A stretch of DNA of 64,000 nucleotides from Eledone cirrhosa (Eukaryota): the NCBI GenBank assembly GCA_964016885.1, contig OZ024743.1, positions 330,894,001 to 330,958,000 on the forward strand. The letters run 5' to 3'. Below the pieces are notes generated by a model. It was not told the origin of the DNA, did not search any database, and worked only from the letters and a program-made list of their open reading frames with translations. Position 1 is the first letter of the stretch, and each line of letters opens with the position of its first letter. Shown in pieces: positions 13,067 through 24,191 of the stretch. The position numbers were made by a program, and so were the translations under genes.

Positions 13067-14609
13067 CCACACCATACCACCATACATCACACATGGGTTA
13101 CACACCACAGCTTTGTCACACACCACTCCACACCACACCCTACCACACCTCACCTTTGTCACTTACCACACCACTCCACACCACTCCACACCATTCCACA
13201 CCACACCACACATGGGTTACACACCACACCACTCCACAACACTCCACACCACTCCACACCACTCCACATCACACCACACCACTCCACATCACACCACGCC
13301 ACTCCACACATGGGTTACACACCACACCACTCCACAACACTCCACACCACTCCACACCACTCCACATCACACCACACCACTCCACATCACACCACACCAC
13401 TCCACACATGGGTTACACACCACGCCACTCCACAACACTCCACACCACTCCACACCACTCCACACCATTCCACACCACACCACTTCACACCACTCCACAC
13501 CACTTCACATCACACCACACCATTCCACACCACACCACTCCACACCACACCACATCACTCCACACATGGGTTACACACCACACCACACCACTCCACACCA
13601 CTCCACACCACACCACACCATTCCACACCACACCACTTCACACCACTCCACACCACTTCACATCACACCACACCATTCCACACCACACCACTCCACACCA
13701 TACCACATCACTCCACACATGGGTTACACACCACACCACTCCACACCACACCACACCACACCACTCCACACCACACCACACCACACCACACCACTCCACA
13801 CCACTTCACACCACACCACACCACTCCACACCACTCCACACCACACCACACCACACCACTCCACACCACACCACACCACACCACACCACTCCACACCACT
13901 TCACACCACTTCACACCACACCACACCACTCCACACCACTCCACACCACACCATTCCACACCACACCACTTCACACCACTCCACACCACTCCACATCACA
14001 CCACACCATTCCACACCACACCACTCCACACCACACCACACCACTCCACACATGGATTACAAACCACACCACTCCACACCACACCACACCACACCACACC
14101 ACTCCACATCACACCACACCATTCCACACCACACCACTCCACACCACACCACACCACACATGGGTTACACACCACACCACACCATTCCACACCACACCAC
14201 TTCACACCACTCCACACCACTCCACATCACACCACACCATTCCCCACCACACCACTCCACACCACACCACACCACACCACACCACACCACTCCACACATG
14301 GGTTACACACCATACCACTCCACACCACACCATACCACTCCACACCACATCACACCATTCCACACATGGGTTACACACCACACCACTTCACACCACACCA
14401 CTCCACACCACACCACACCATTCCACACCACACCACACCAGTCTACTCCACATAACTCCACACCACACCACTCCACACCACATCACTCCACACCACACCA
14501 CACCACTCCACACCACATCACTCCACACCATACCACTCCACACCACACCACACCATACCACACCACGCCACACCTCACCACACCACACCTCATCATAACA
14601 CACCACACC
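13067..14609. repeat. Degenerate pentanucleotide (CCACA/CCACT)n satellite punctuated by CATGGGTTACACA
   Basis: Direct reading; the marker recurs about 10 times. Confidence 0.95.
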
Positions 14610-14679
14610 TTTGCTACAAACATCTCGCTAGTGATTTTTCTCTTCCGAGTTACCAGAGTCAATTGAGAGATGAACTTAC

Positions 14680-14690
14680 TTCACCTCAAA
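14680..14690 (-). CDS. Candidate 11-nt microexon (FEVK)
   Basis: ggtcag|TTTGAGGTGAA|gtaagt with a perfect donor and an upstream pyrimidine tract; phases 0/2 join 14824-14906 to 12976-13008. Confidence 0.2.
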
Positions 14691-14823
14691 CTGACCAGCC
14701 AGTCCAAACAAAATGACACCAATCGAGATAAAGAGAAATAGAGGCCAGATGTCATTCGGAGGTCATTACGAAAAGATTTCGTTACACACTTAGCTAATTA
14801 AGGATCAAATGGTATTTTTTTAC

Positions 14824-14906
14824 CTTTGAGTCAGGGAATGAAGGGGAACGTCTATTATCCTTTATATTCCCGGAACTTGCAATAAATAAACCTCCACTAA
14901 AGACAC
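14824..14906 (-). CDS. Candidate 83-nt internal exon (GVFSGGLFIASSGNIKDNRRSPSFPDSK)
   Basis: catcag|GTG...AAG|gtaaaa, open in phase 1 to 0; no homology recognised. Confidence 0.2.
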
Positions 14907-14937
14907 CTGATGACAATGTCGTGGTACTAAGTCAGGA

Positions 14938-16230
14938 GACAGATTAAGTTTACCATCCAAGAAACAGGCAATGATGTTAAACCAAGTGACAGATTAAATC
15001 TACCACTCAAGGACCAGATAATGATGGTAAACCAGGTGACAGATTAAATCTACCACTCAAGGACCAGATAATGGTGTTAGACCAGGTGACAGATTAAATC
15101 TACCACTCAAGGACCAGATAATGATGTTAAACCAGGTGACAGATTAAATCTACCACTCAAGGACCAGATAATGATGTTTAACCAGGTGACAGATTAAATC
15201 TACCACTCAAGGACCAGATAATGATGTTAAACCAGGTGACAGATTAAATCTACCACTCAAGGACCAGATAATGATGTTAAACCAGGTGACAGATTAAATC
15301 TACCACTCAAGGACCAGATAATGATGTTAAACCAGGTGACAGATTAAATCTACCACTCAAGGACCAGGTAATGATGTTAAACCAGGTGACAGATTAAATC
15401 TACCACTCAAGGACCAGGTAATGGTGTTAGACCAGGTGACAGATTAAATCTACCACTCAAGGACCAGATAATGATGTTAAACCAGGTGACAGATTAAATC
15501 TACCACTCAAGGACCAGATAATGGTGTTAGACCAGGTGACAGATTAAATCTACCACTCAAGGACCAGATAATGATGTTAAACCAGGTGACAGATTAAATC
15601 TACCACTCAAGGACCAGATAATGATGTTAAACCAGGTGACAGATTAAATCTACCCCTCAAGGACCAGATAATGATGTTAAACCAGGTGACAGATTAAATC
15701 TACCACTCAAGGACCAGATAATGGTGTTAGACCAGGTGACAGATTAAATCTACCACTCAAGGACCAGATAAGGGTGTTAGACCAGGTGACAGATTAAATC
15801 TACCACTCAAGGACCAGATAAGGGTGTTAAACCAGGTGACAGATTAAATCTACCACTCAAGGACAAGGTAATGATGTTAGACCAGGTAACAGATTAAATC
15901 TACCACTCAAGGACCAGATAAGGGTGTTAGACCAGGTGACAGATTAAATCTACCACTCAAGGACCAGGTAATGATGTTAGACCAGGTGACAGATTAAGTC
16001 TACTCGATGACTAGATGGTTGTTTAATCCAGGTAACATATTAAGTCTATTAGCCAAATACAAGGTAAGGGTATTACAGCTGGTATTAGATTAAGTCTACC
16101 ACCCAAGGACCAGGTGGGAGTATTAAGCCAAGTGAAAGATGAAGACTACCACCCACAGACTAGATGGTGTTGCTAATGCAGGTGACAGATTAAGTGTACG
16201 ACCAGGTGGTGCTGCTAAAGCAGGTGACAG
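14938..16230. repeat. 50-bp minisatellite, ~21 conserved units plus ~4 degenerate 3' units
   Basis: Unit GACAGATTAAATCTACCACTCAAGGACCAGATAATGATGTTAAACCAGGT; period 50. Confidence 0.97.
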
Positions 16231-16859
16231 AAGTACTCAGAACACAGACTCCCGGAACTAATACCACAAGACGTCTCATCCTACGCTCCAACAATTCCAC
16301 CAACTCATCACACCCGACTGGAACTTTATTCGGACAAGTCCAAAAGATTAAAAGGCAAAATGGAAGGTGGGATTTGAACTCACAGCTCAGAGATTCGAAA
16401 CAATATCAAAAGGTATACTCTTCTTCACTCTGTAGATTCAGCCAATTCGACACCAGTGCAACACTGGTACATTTTCAGCTATTTTCAAGCTGGAAGTCCT
16501 CTAAAAACTGGTATAAACTTTCTTTGCGAAAGAGTAACTATAAAGACCCCCACCATGAGAAACTAGTCCCAGCACCCCATCTCCCCTTTGTTATAGAAGG
16601 CCGCTGGTAGTCCAATCAAATATTGAGAAGTAAAATCTAAAACGAGTTTCTCTTCGTATTCATTGACATGGCTTCCTACGGTGAGTTCATGTTTTTGATT
16701 AAACATTTAAATGCTACAAGTAACTTGTATTATCTATCCTCTATTAACACTTTTAGCGTTTCATTCAGCTGGGCCCACCCCCTTCCCCCCATCCCCACAG
16801 GAAATGTTTCATTCTACATCTTGGTTCATACATTACCTCCTCCGACTGAGTGTCTAGAA

Positions 16860-17572
16860 CACCACCACTACCAACACCAACACCAACACCAATACCAACA
16901 CCAATGACACCACCACGAGCACCACCGCTACCGCCACCAACACTATCACCAACACCACCACCACCACTACCACCACTACCACTACCACCACTACCACCAG
17001 CACCATCACCACTACCACCACTACAACCACTACCACCACCACCACCACCACCACCACCACTACCACCACTACCACCACTACCACCACTACCACCACTACC
17101 ACTACCACCACTATCACCACTACCACCACCACCACCACCACTACCACCACTACCACCACTACCACCACTACCAACACCACCACCACCACCACCACCACCA
17201 CCACCACCACCACCACCACTACTACCACCACTGCCACCACTACTACTACCACCACCACCACCAGCACCACTACCACAACTACCACCACCACTACCACCAC
17301 ACACTACCATGACCACCACTACCATCACCACTACCAACACCACCACCACCACTACTACCACTACCACCACTACCACCACTACCACCACTACCACCACCAC
17401 CACCACCACTACCACCACCACCGCTACTACCACCAACCCTACCACCAGCACCACCACTACTACCACCTCTACCACCACCACCGCTACCACCACCACTACT
17501 ACCACCACCACCACTACGACCACTACCACCACCACTACCATGACCACCACTACCACCACCACCACCACCATC

Positions 17573-17663
<91 letters not shown>

Positions 17664-17675
17664 CCACCACCACCA
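16860..17675. repeat. Compound (CCA/CTA)n and (AAC)n microsatellite
   Basis: Direct reading; source of the poly-P/T/N ORF. Confidence 0.95.
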
Positions 17676-17912
17676 TATCAAACCATGGACGACATCACTA
17701 ACCTAATGTTTCCCTTACACCCAACTTACGATATTCTGTCTAACTTTCATCCGGGAGGAGGGAGATATCACCATATATGTGTTTGTGTATGTGTGTGTTT
17801 GAGTATTTGTGTCTGAGTGTTTGTGTGAATGTGTGTGTGTGTGTTTGTGTGAATGTGTGTATGTGTGTGTGTGTTTACATCTATCTATCTATCCATCTAT
17901 CTCTATATATAT

Positions 17913-18076
17913 ATAACAAAGAAGGTGTGGTAAGAAACCAGGTGGATCATAACACACCAGAGTACTAGATACTTAGGGTAGTAGAGTGGGTAATGGGAAA
18001 AGAGTCAGGACGCCGACGGCTGAGCTCCGGCCGTTTCGACAGCTAGATCCGGATCTAGCTATGGAAACGGTCGGAG
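17913..18076. mobile_element. PLE-type pseudo-LTR remnant ending in an imperfect palindrome (18025-18076)
   Basis: Homologous to 18333-18522; adjacent to (TA)n; fold-back CCGTTTCGACAGCTAGATCC/GGATCTAGCTATGGAAACGG. Confidence 0.55.
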
Positions 18077-18303
18077 AAGGTGCGGACGATATTTGTTCGT
18101 AATTTTCAACTGCTAATTTTATGCAAAATTTTTTTTTACTTCCGTTGTCACTCTTGTCTTCATAGAAACAGGACTATATTTCCATTATTTATTTTCAGAA
18201 TAATTGATTATGAATAATTTTGAACCTCCAAATTTGTGGAAGAAACACGGAGTTCTTCTTGGAATCCGCGCCGGGAGGACAAATAAGAGCAGAAGATCAA
18301 CTC

Positions 18304-18332
<29 letters not shown>

Positions 18333-18335
<3 letters not shown>

Positions 18336-18517
18336 CGAAGGAAATGTGGTAAGGAACCAGGTGGACCATAACGCACCAAAGTACTCAATACTTGAGGTAG
18401 TAGAGTGGATGATAGGAACCAGTAAGACCCCGACAGCTGAGCTCAAGCCGTTTCGACGGCTAATTCTGAATTAGCCGTCGAAACGGCTTGAGCTCAGCTG
18501 TCGGGGTCTTACTGGTT

Positions 18518-18522
<5 letters not shown>
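18333..18522. mobile_element. PLE-type remnant inserted in (TA)n, with a perfect 111-bp palindrome (18412-18522)
   Basis: 55-bp perfect arms around T18467; flanked by (TA)n on both sides. Confidence 0.65.
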
Positions 18523-18582
<60 letters not shown>

Positions 18583-18733
18583 ATATATACTTAAGATAAA
18601 CATTGCTGCAATTCTAATCAAGCACTCAACGTACTTTTTCCACATAGGGGTGATGGAGTATATATCGAATAAGAAAAAGCGAAGTAAAATGACTTTAACA
18701 TCTGAAACTACTTCGCTTTTTCTTATTCTCTCA

Positions 18734-18797
<64 letters not shown>

Positions 18798-19162
18798 GTA
18801 TATATATATATAAACAAATAATAGGAAGGAAAAAGATTTTTTCAGTAGAAAATGTTGAAGAGATATTTTTAGTGAAATTTCAAAACATTAATTTATTTAC
18901 AATACCGGTTCCTGCATTAAATGGCTTGTCAATTGCGGATATGCAGAATATTGTTAAGTTGCATATTTGTACAAATAGTGAAAATAATGATAATAACGAA
19001 AATATATATATAGAGAGAGAGAGAGAGGGGGAGGGGGGGGGGGGGGGGGGGGGGGGGGGAGAAAAGTTAATTTTCACATACGTAGTCGTTCAGAGAAGAA
19101 AGAAAATTTGTCTCTCCATCCTTCTCTGCTAATGGCTTTGTTGTGACTGGATATATATATAA

Positions 19163-19247
<85 letters not shown>

Positions 19248-19341
19248 GTGGAACACTGGAAGGCAATATCCGTAGTGGTAGAGCACTCAGTCCAAGGGAC
19301 GAGTTAGATAGTAGTGGTTACACAACAGTTAGTTCACTATA

Positions 19342-19381
19342 CCGAGAACAATTGTTTCACCTTCGCGGATCTTCAGCTCGG
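19342..19381 (-). ncRNA. Minimal type I hammerhead ribozyme (inverted pLTR copy)
   Basis: Reverse complement reads CCGAG-CTGAAGA-TCCGCGAAGGT-GAAA-CAATTG-TT-CTCGG. Confidence 0.85.
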
Positions 19382-19498
19382 GATGTATATGGTTATAGGA
19401 ACAGGAAGGACAACCGTACGAACGCGCATGCGCAGAAACTCGGTTACTTCACGCAGGCAATAGTAGACTGCGTGCTGGGAGTGTAAGGGAGCTAACTG

Positions 19499-19810
19499 CG
19501 ATTCAAGGAGCGTTTCCTGAACCACGAGTCTACCTTCAGATACCCGGACAGACGTTCATCCACGAAACTCGCGAGCCACGTATGGTCCCTCAAGGACTCA
19601 AGTATAGGGTTCTCCATTCAATGGAAAGCCTTCACTAAGTCCAAGCCATACGCAAGGGGAAATCCGACGTGTGGCTTATGTATTGACGAACGAATAACTA
19701 TCCTAAAGAAATTACGCAATAGTGATTGCCTAAACACGAGAAGTGAATTTTTCACACTTTGTCCACACGTCACCAAACATCTATTACATAACTACAAGAC
19801 TCCGGACTGA
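19499..19810 (+). pseudogene. PLE GIY-YIG endonuclease C-terminal fragment (no start codon; missed by the ORF track)
   Basis: Open frame RFKERFLNHESTFRYPDRRSSTKLASHVWSLKDSSIGFSIQWKAFTKSKPYARGNPTCGLCIDERITILKKLRNSDCLNTRSEFFTLCPHVTKHLLHNYKTPD*, with R..H, CxxC.E and LN.R.E motifs. Confidence 0.85.
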
Positions 19811-20015
19811 TTCTTTGTAATTTTATTTTTAAATAATTTAATTTTATTTTCAACCAAAAACTTTCCGGACTTTCGCAGTTATCTCCCTTACCCCCCCCCC
19901 CCCCCCCACCCCCCTCCCCCCGCACGCAGTCTACTATTGCCTGCATGAAGTGACCGAGTTTCTGCGCATGCGCGTTCGTACGGTTGTCCTTCCTGTTCCT
20001 ATAACCATATACATC

Positions 20016-20055
20016 CCGAGCTGAAGATCCGCGAAGGTGAAACAATTGTTCTCGG
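20016..20055 (+). ncRNA. Minimal type I hammerhead ribozyme (3' pLTR copy)
   Basis: Stem I CCGAG/CTCGG, core CTGAAGA, short stem II, GAAA, palindromic stem III CAATTG, cleavage triplet GUU. Confidence 0.85.
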
Positions 20056-20084
20056 TATGGTGAACTAACTGTTGTGTAACCACT

Positions 20085-20852
20085 TCTATATATATATATA
20101 TATATATAAACGAGGATGTGTGTGTGTCTGTGTACAACTTTGGTTACCTAAGGCTTTTACAATTCCCAACCGAATTTGACCAAATTTTCTGTGCACGTTG
20201 CACCTGTCGCTAAGATGGTCACATCACAAAGTTTTTTCAAATCGACCCCCCTTGAGCAATAAAAAATCGATAGCAAAATTATCGATAGCAAAATTATTTT
20301 TTCTAAAGTGCATGATGTAAGGGAGATAACAATGAAGACAAAATCCTTATGGGATTTTCCATGCAAATTAAAAGTTGCAATTACTTTTACATTTTTCGAG
20401 CTTTTTTTACCAAATGTGAGGCAGGCATTGCCTATGCCGTCGAGGTAATACAAGAAGATTATTTTTTCTAAGGTGTATGCTGTAAGGGAGAAATCAATCT
20501 AAAAACAATCCTTATGGGACTTTCCATTCAAACCGTTGGGACCTACAACTTTTACATTTTGAAAGTAATTTCGTCCACATTTGAGGCAGGCATTATCTAT
20601 GCTTCCAGGATATTGTGAATTTATTTAAAAAAACTATTATTACAATGAAGAAATCAGTTAAAACAAAATTTTCCTTCATTATCAGCATAGTTTTATGTGT
20701 ACAATGATTGCACTAAATATTCGTTTGCATTAATTATAAGACTTCTGCTTATTTTGACAGGTTGGGGACAAAGAATATTTCTTCTTTTCCTTCCTAGCTG
20801 TATATTCTTAGCATAATTTCAAACCCCGGGCAACGCCGGGTAAATCTGCTAG
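20085..20852 (+). mobile_element. Non-autonomous Helitron
   Basis: 5' TC(TA)nAA start; internal ~165-bp direct duplication (~20292-20437 / ~20458-20602); 3' hairpin CCCGG-GCAACG-CCGGG (20825-20840) followed by CTAG|T (20849-20853). Confidence 0.75.
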
Positions 20853-20879
20853 TATATATATATATATGATGAACTTGTT

Positions 20880-21090
20880 GTTTTCGAGTTCTGAGGAATT
20901 TGGGTATTCATATGTAGATCGTGAGTTAAATCTGGGGTAACCGGTGTTAAAAAGGTACTCAAAACATCATTAAAGTATAAATAAACATATTTAATATAGA
21001 AATGGCTTCTACAGGACTTGAAACTGTTTCATTCGCATATACAAATGAAACAGTTCTAGGCCTGTAGAAGCCATTTCTATATTAAATATG
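20880..21090. mobile_element. Fold-back PLE-type remnant, same family as 7082-7300
   Basis: Near-perfect palindrome CATATTTAATATAGAAATGGCTTCTACAGG...CCTGTAGAAGCCATTTCTATATTAAATATG (20986-21090). Confidence 0.6.
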
Positions 21091-21779
21091 AGGTGTATAT
21101 ATATATATATATATATCACAGAAAAAAAGAGAATCAGTGTTGCGACGAATGGAATTTATTGGACATATTACAATCGTTTCTCTGGCGACCAGCTCGAGGC
21201 ACGATCGATGTGATGATCGAACTTGACTCTGAAAATCGCAAGGACCTCAGATACGTCTTGATTCTACGAAGCATATTTTCCTATCTCTATATATATATCC
21301 CTCGTTTGGGTGAAAGCACGTGACAGCGAAACAGTCACTCCTGCTATTAATAGCTGCCTACTGCTACATTTCACGCCGGTTTGAGGCATAAAACGGAAAC
21401 CTGTTGACAACGTGAGTCTGCGTTTCGGTCTTCAAATACTTCAGACTTGCATATTGCCCAAGTAGGATTGTTGATTTGGTTTCATAGAAACCTATCGGAG
21501 GTATTGCATAATACCCTTCGATACGGTCAAGGTTTGTTATCTAGCCTGATTGTATTTTCGTTCCTTTGGTGTATTATGTGACTAGGCTCCCTTGCCGCAG
21601 TTTTCAATTTGTCACGCTATCTAACGTATGTTAATTACTCTAAGGTGCACCCTATCGATTCATCGATACATCCTTATCGAGTGCTTTCGTGCAAACCTAA
21701 TTGTATCTCGTAAGCTTGATCACTGCCATTACTTCGATTTTACTAACCTTCCATTTGTGTGTGTGTATATATATATATA

Positions 21780-21840
<61 letters not shown>
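21780..21840. repeat. (ACT)n microsatellite
   Basis: Direct reading. Confidence 0.95.
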
Positions 21841-21841
<1 letters not shown>

Positions 21842-21874
21842 TGTGATTGTGTGATTGTCTGTAATTTAATACAG

Positions 21875-22010
21875 CCAAAGCGGTGCATAATAGAAAAATA
21901 CTTTGAAAGGGAGTTGCCTCTGAAATGGGAATACAAATGGAATAAAACAAGTTTCTCGTAAATGGGAGCACGGGTTCTGGAAATACGGGGTTTTTTCGGA
22001 TACCTTCATA
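21875..22010 (+). mobile_element. Possible mariner 3' end remnant
   Basis: KRCIIEKYFE resembles a mariner transposase C-terminus; followed by AATAAA and a TIR-like end TTTTTTCGGATACCTTCATA. Confidence 0.35.
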
Positions 22011-22527
22011 AATAGAGAGAGAAAGATACGTACATACATACATACATACATACATACATACATACAATAACATCCATACCTCCACACACATGCATACATA
22101 TCTACCTAGTTGATGCTGTGTAAATTCCAATGACAGAGTCTTGTGTCTATATTAAAAACCGACTCTCTCTCTATTGGCAAACATTTGTGAAATTATAAAA
22201 CCAGAAGAACATACATACATACTTACATACATTCACACACACATAAACACTCACGCACACATACATTACATAACTGTGAACATGTGGTGAAAAAGTTTTA
22301 TATTGTCTGCATAGCTATATGTTAGCTAATAACATGGCATCCGTAATGTTACCGTTTGGGTTTCCTGCGAGAATTAGCTGCTAATCTTTAAAAACAAACT
22401 TGTATAATATTAATAAACTACATACAAGTCTCAAAATCTGTTCAGTGTACCTCGTATACATGGTTTGCTTGGTCCAATCTGACAATCGGCTAAAATTGAT
22501 AAATTCGTCAGATTTATATTTAACACC

Positions 22528-23060
22528 TCCTTCTTCGTTTACTGATTCCTGTGAAGGTCTTGGGGGTAGAGTCGTGAAATACACCTTCCATCGGATCCTG
22601 TCAGAAGCAAGTGTTTCCAATTGATCCGGCTGGATCCCTAAGTAAGACAAGCCGAACTCATGGATGTTATCCAATTATTATGCTCGGTGTTTACCACTGG
22701 ATCTCCTACCGGTTGGTTTGGCCCGTAAAATCTATCCGGCAATTCTTTCCTGAAACATTCTGACCACATGTCCGTAATATCGCAGTTGTGATCTCTCAAT
22801 TCGGATAAGTAATGACTCTACGTAGAGCGACTCCATGATCTCCGAGCCAGGCACTCTATCGAATAATCTTACTTCAAACACACTTCGGAGAAACCCCATT
22901 TCGGCCGCTTGTATGTGCTATGGTCTTCTTTCGGTCATTATCGAAGATTCGTGATCATATGTAGAGATTGGCAAGAAACTCGAATTGAAGAGAGCATGTC
23001 TAGTTTCTAATTCTATTCCCCTCCTTCTGATTACTGAATTCTGAAGCTGGCGCATTACTA
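22528..23060 (-). mobile_element. RTE-clade LINE 3' fragment (stop-containing ORF remnant)
   Basis: Minus translation includes HIQAAEMGFLR...LLIRIERSQLRYYGHVVRM.QERIA..ILRAKPTGRR...SDRIRWK...LPPRPSQE. Confidence 0.85.
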
Positions 23061-23141
23061 ATTTCCATTCCTACCGTACAGCACTCGTCAGCCAAACTAT
23101 CAATGAATGTATGCATGTATTTATGTATGTATGTAAGTAAC

Positions 23142-24153
23142 AAAACCTGTCAAAGGGCAAAGGAGCTCTTAAGAGTCAATGGCCATCCAAAATCACCGGG
23201 AGAGATGACCCCTTAGCCTTTGTCAAGGCAGAATTCTAGGAGAAGGAAAACTCTGATATAACACCTGCAACCCTGGTGGTATCCAATGATGTTGACTCGT
23301 TCTTCTTTTTGGTAAATATCATCTTGATTAAGAGAGTGGGGCTGGCTTTGTGCAGTGCCTTTGCTCACTATAAAAGCTTCACGGCACAGGCATTGTTTAT
23401 ATCTGGAGATCTTTCTGCACTTGTCATCACATGGTACCATGGGCCTAGCACTGTGTCAATAATTGTCACATGTGTAGTGTTTGTACCAGAGTTTTCAAGT
23501 CGCTGGCTGGACTAAAGAGTCACACTCGTTCAGCGCATCGGTAGGGGTTCTCCTACATGGATATAAAGTAGTGGCCGTACTCTAAAACGAGTTGGCAGCC
23601 ACCATGTATGTATGTATACAAGTATGTATGTGTGTATGTGAGTCTATGTGTGTATGTATACAAATATGTATGTCTGTATATATGTATACAAATATGTATG
23701 TATGTGTGTATGTATGTATGTATATATGTGTATATGTATGGATGAATGTATATGTGTTTGTATGTATGTATGTATGCGTGTATGTATGTATGTATGAATC
23801 TATGTGTGTGTATGTATATATGTATGCATGTATGTATATATCTCGGGTCACTCTTGAGTGATACTGGTAACATGAAACCCAGTACAACCTATCACATGGT
23901 GGGGTCGTCGGCGACTAAACCGGCAACCCCACCAAGTTTACTTGGTAAGGAGGGTGATTTTGGACACGTAGCTGGACGCAAAACAAAACCTGACAAAAGG
24001 CGGAAGAACTCAGAAGAGTCAATGGCCATCCAAAAAATGTGTAAATATATATATACATGTATGCATGCGTATGTATATGTATATGTGTATATATACATGA
24101 ATCCATGCGTATGTATATATATATATATATATGTATATACATGTATGCATGCG

Positions 24154-24191
<38 letters not shown>

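Larger units (their letters stand above)
19244..20084 (+). mobile_element. 5'-truncated Penelope-like retroelement: inverted pLTR, GIY-YIG endonuclease C-terminus, 3' pLTR
   Basis: Inverted repeats 19313-19501 / 19873-20084, each carrying a hammerhead; coding remnant between them; embedded in (TA)n. Confidence 0.9.

Noticed and set aside
12836-14666. 500-aa His/Thr/Pro-rich ORFs in all three + frames
   Set aside because: The pentamer repeat lacks stops in every frame; there is no frame preference.
2497-16230. Regular tandem arrays as possible CRISPR arrays
   Set aside because: Units are contiguous and near-identical with no unique spacers, there are no cas genes, and the context is eukaryotic.
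16850-17701. Pro/Thr/Asn-rich 283-aa ORF resembling extensin or formin
   Set aside because: Compound trinucleotide microsatellite with homopolymer switches caused by frameshifts.
21115-21750. Further PLE remnant or hammerhead on the minus strand (GAAACGATTGTA, AATAAA)
   Set aside because: No CUGANGA box in a pairing context and no convincing protein motif; too decayed to call.
23842-23925. Possible HDV-like ribozyme in the retroposon head (CTAAACCGG resembles J4/2-P2)
   Set aside because: I could not build P1/P3/P1.1 by eye in either copy (23842, 24605); an RNArobo/Infernal search would be needed.
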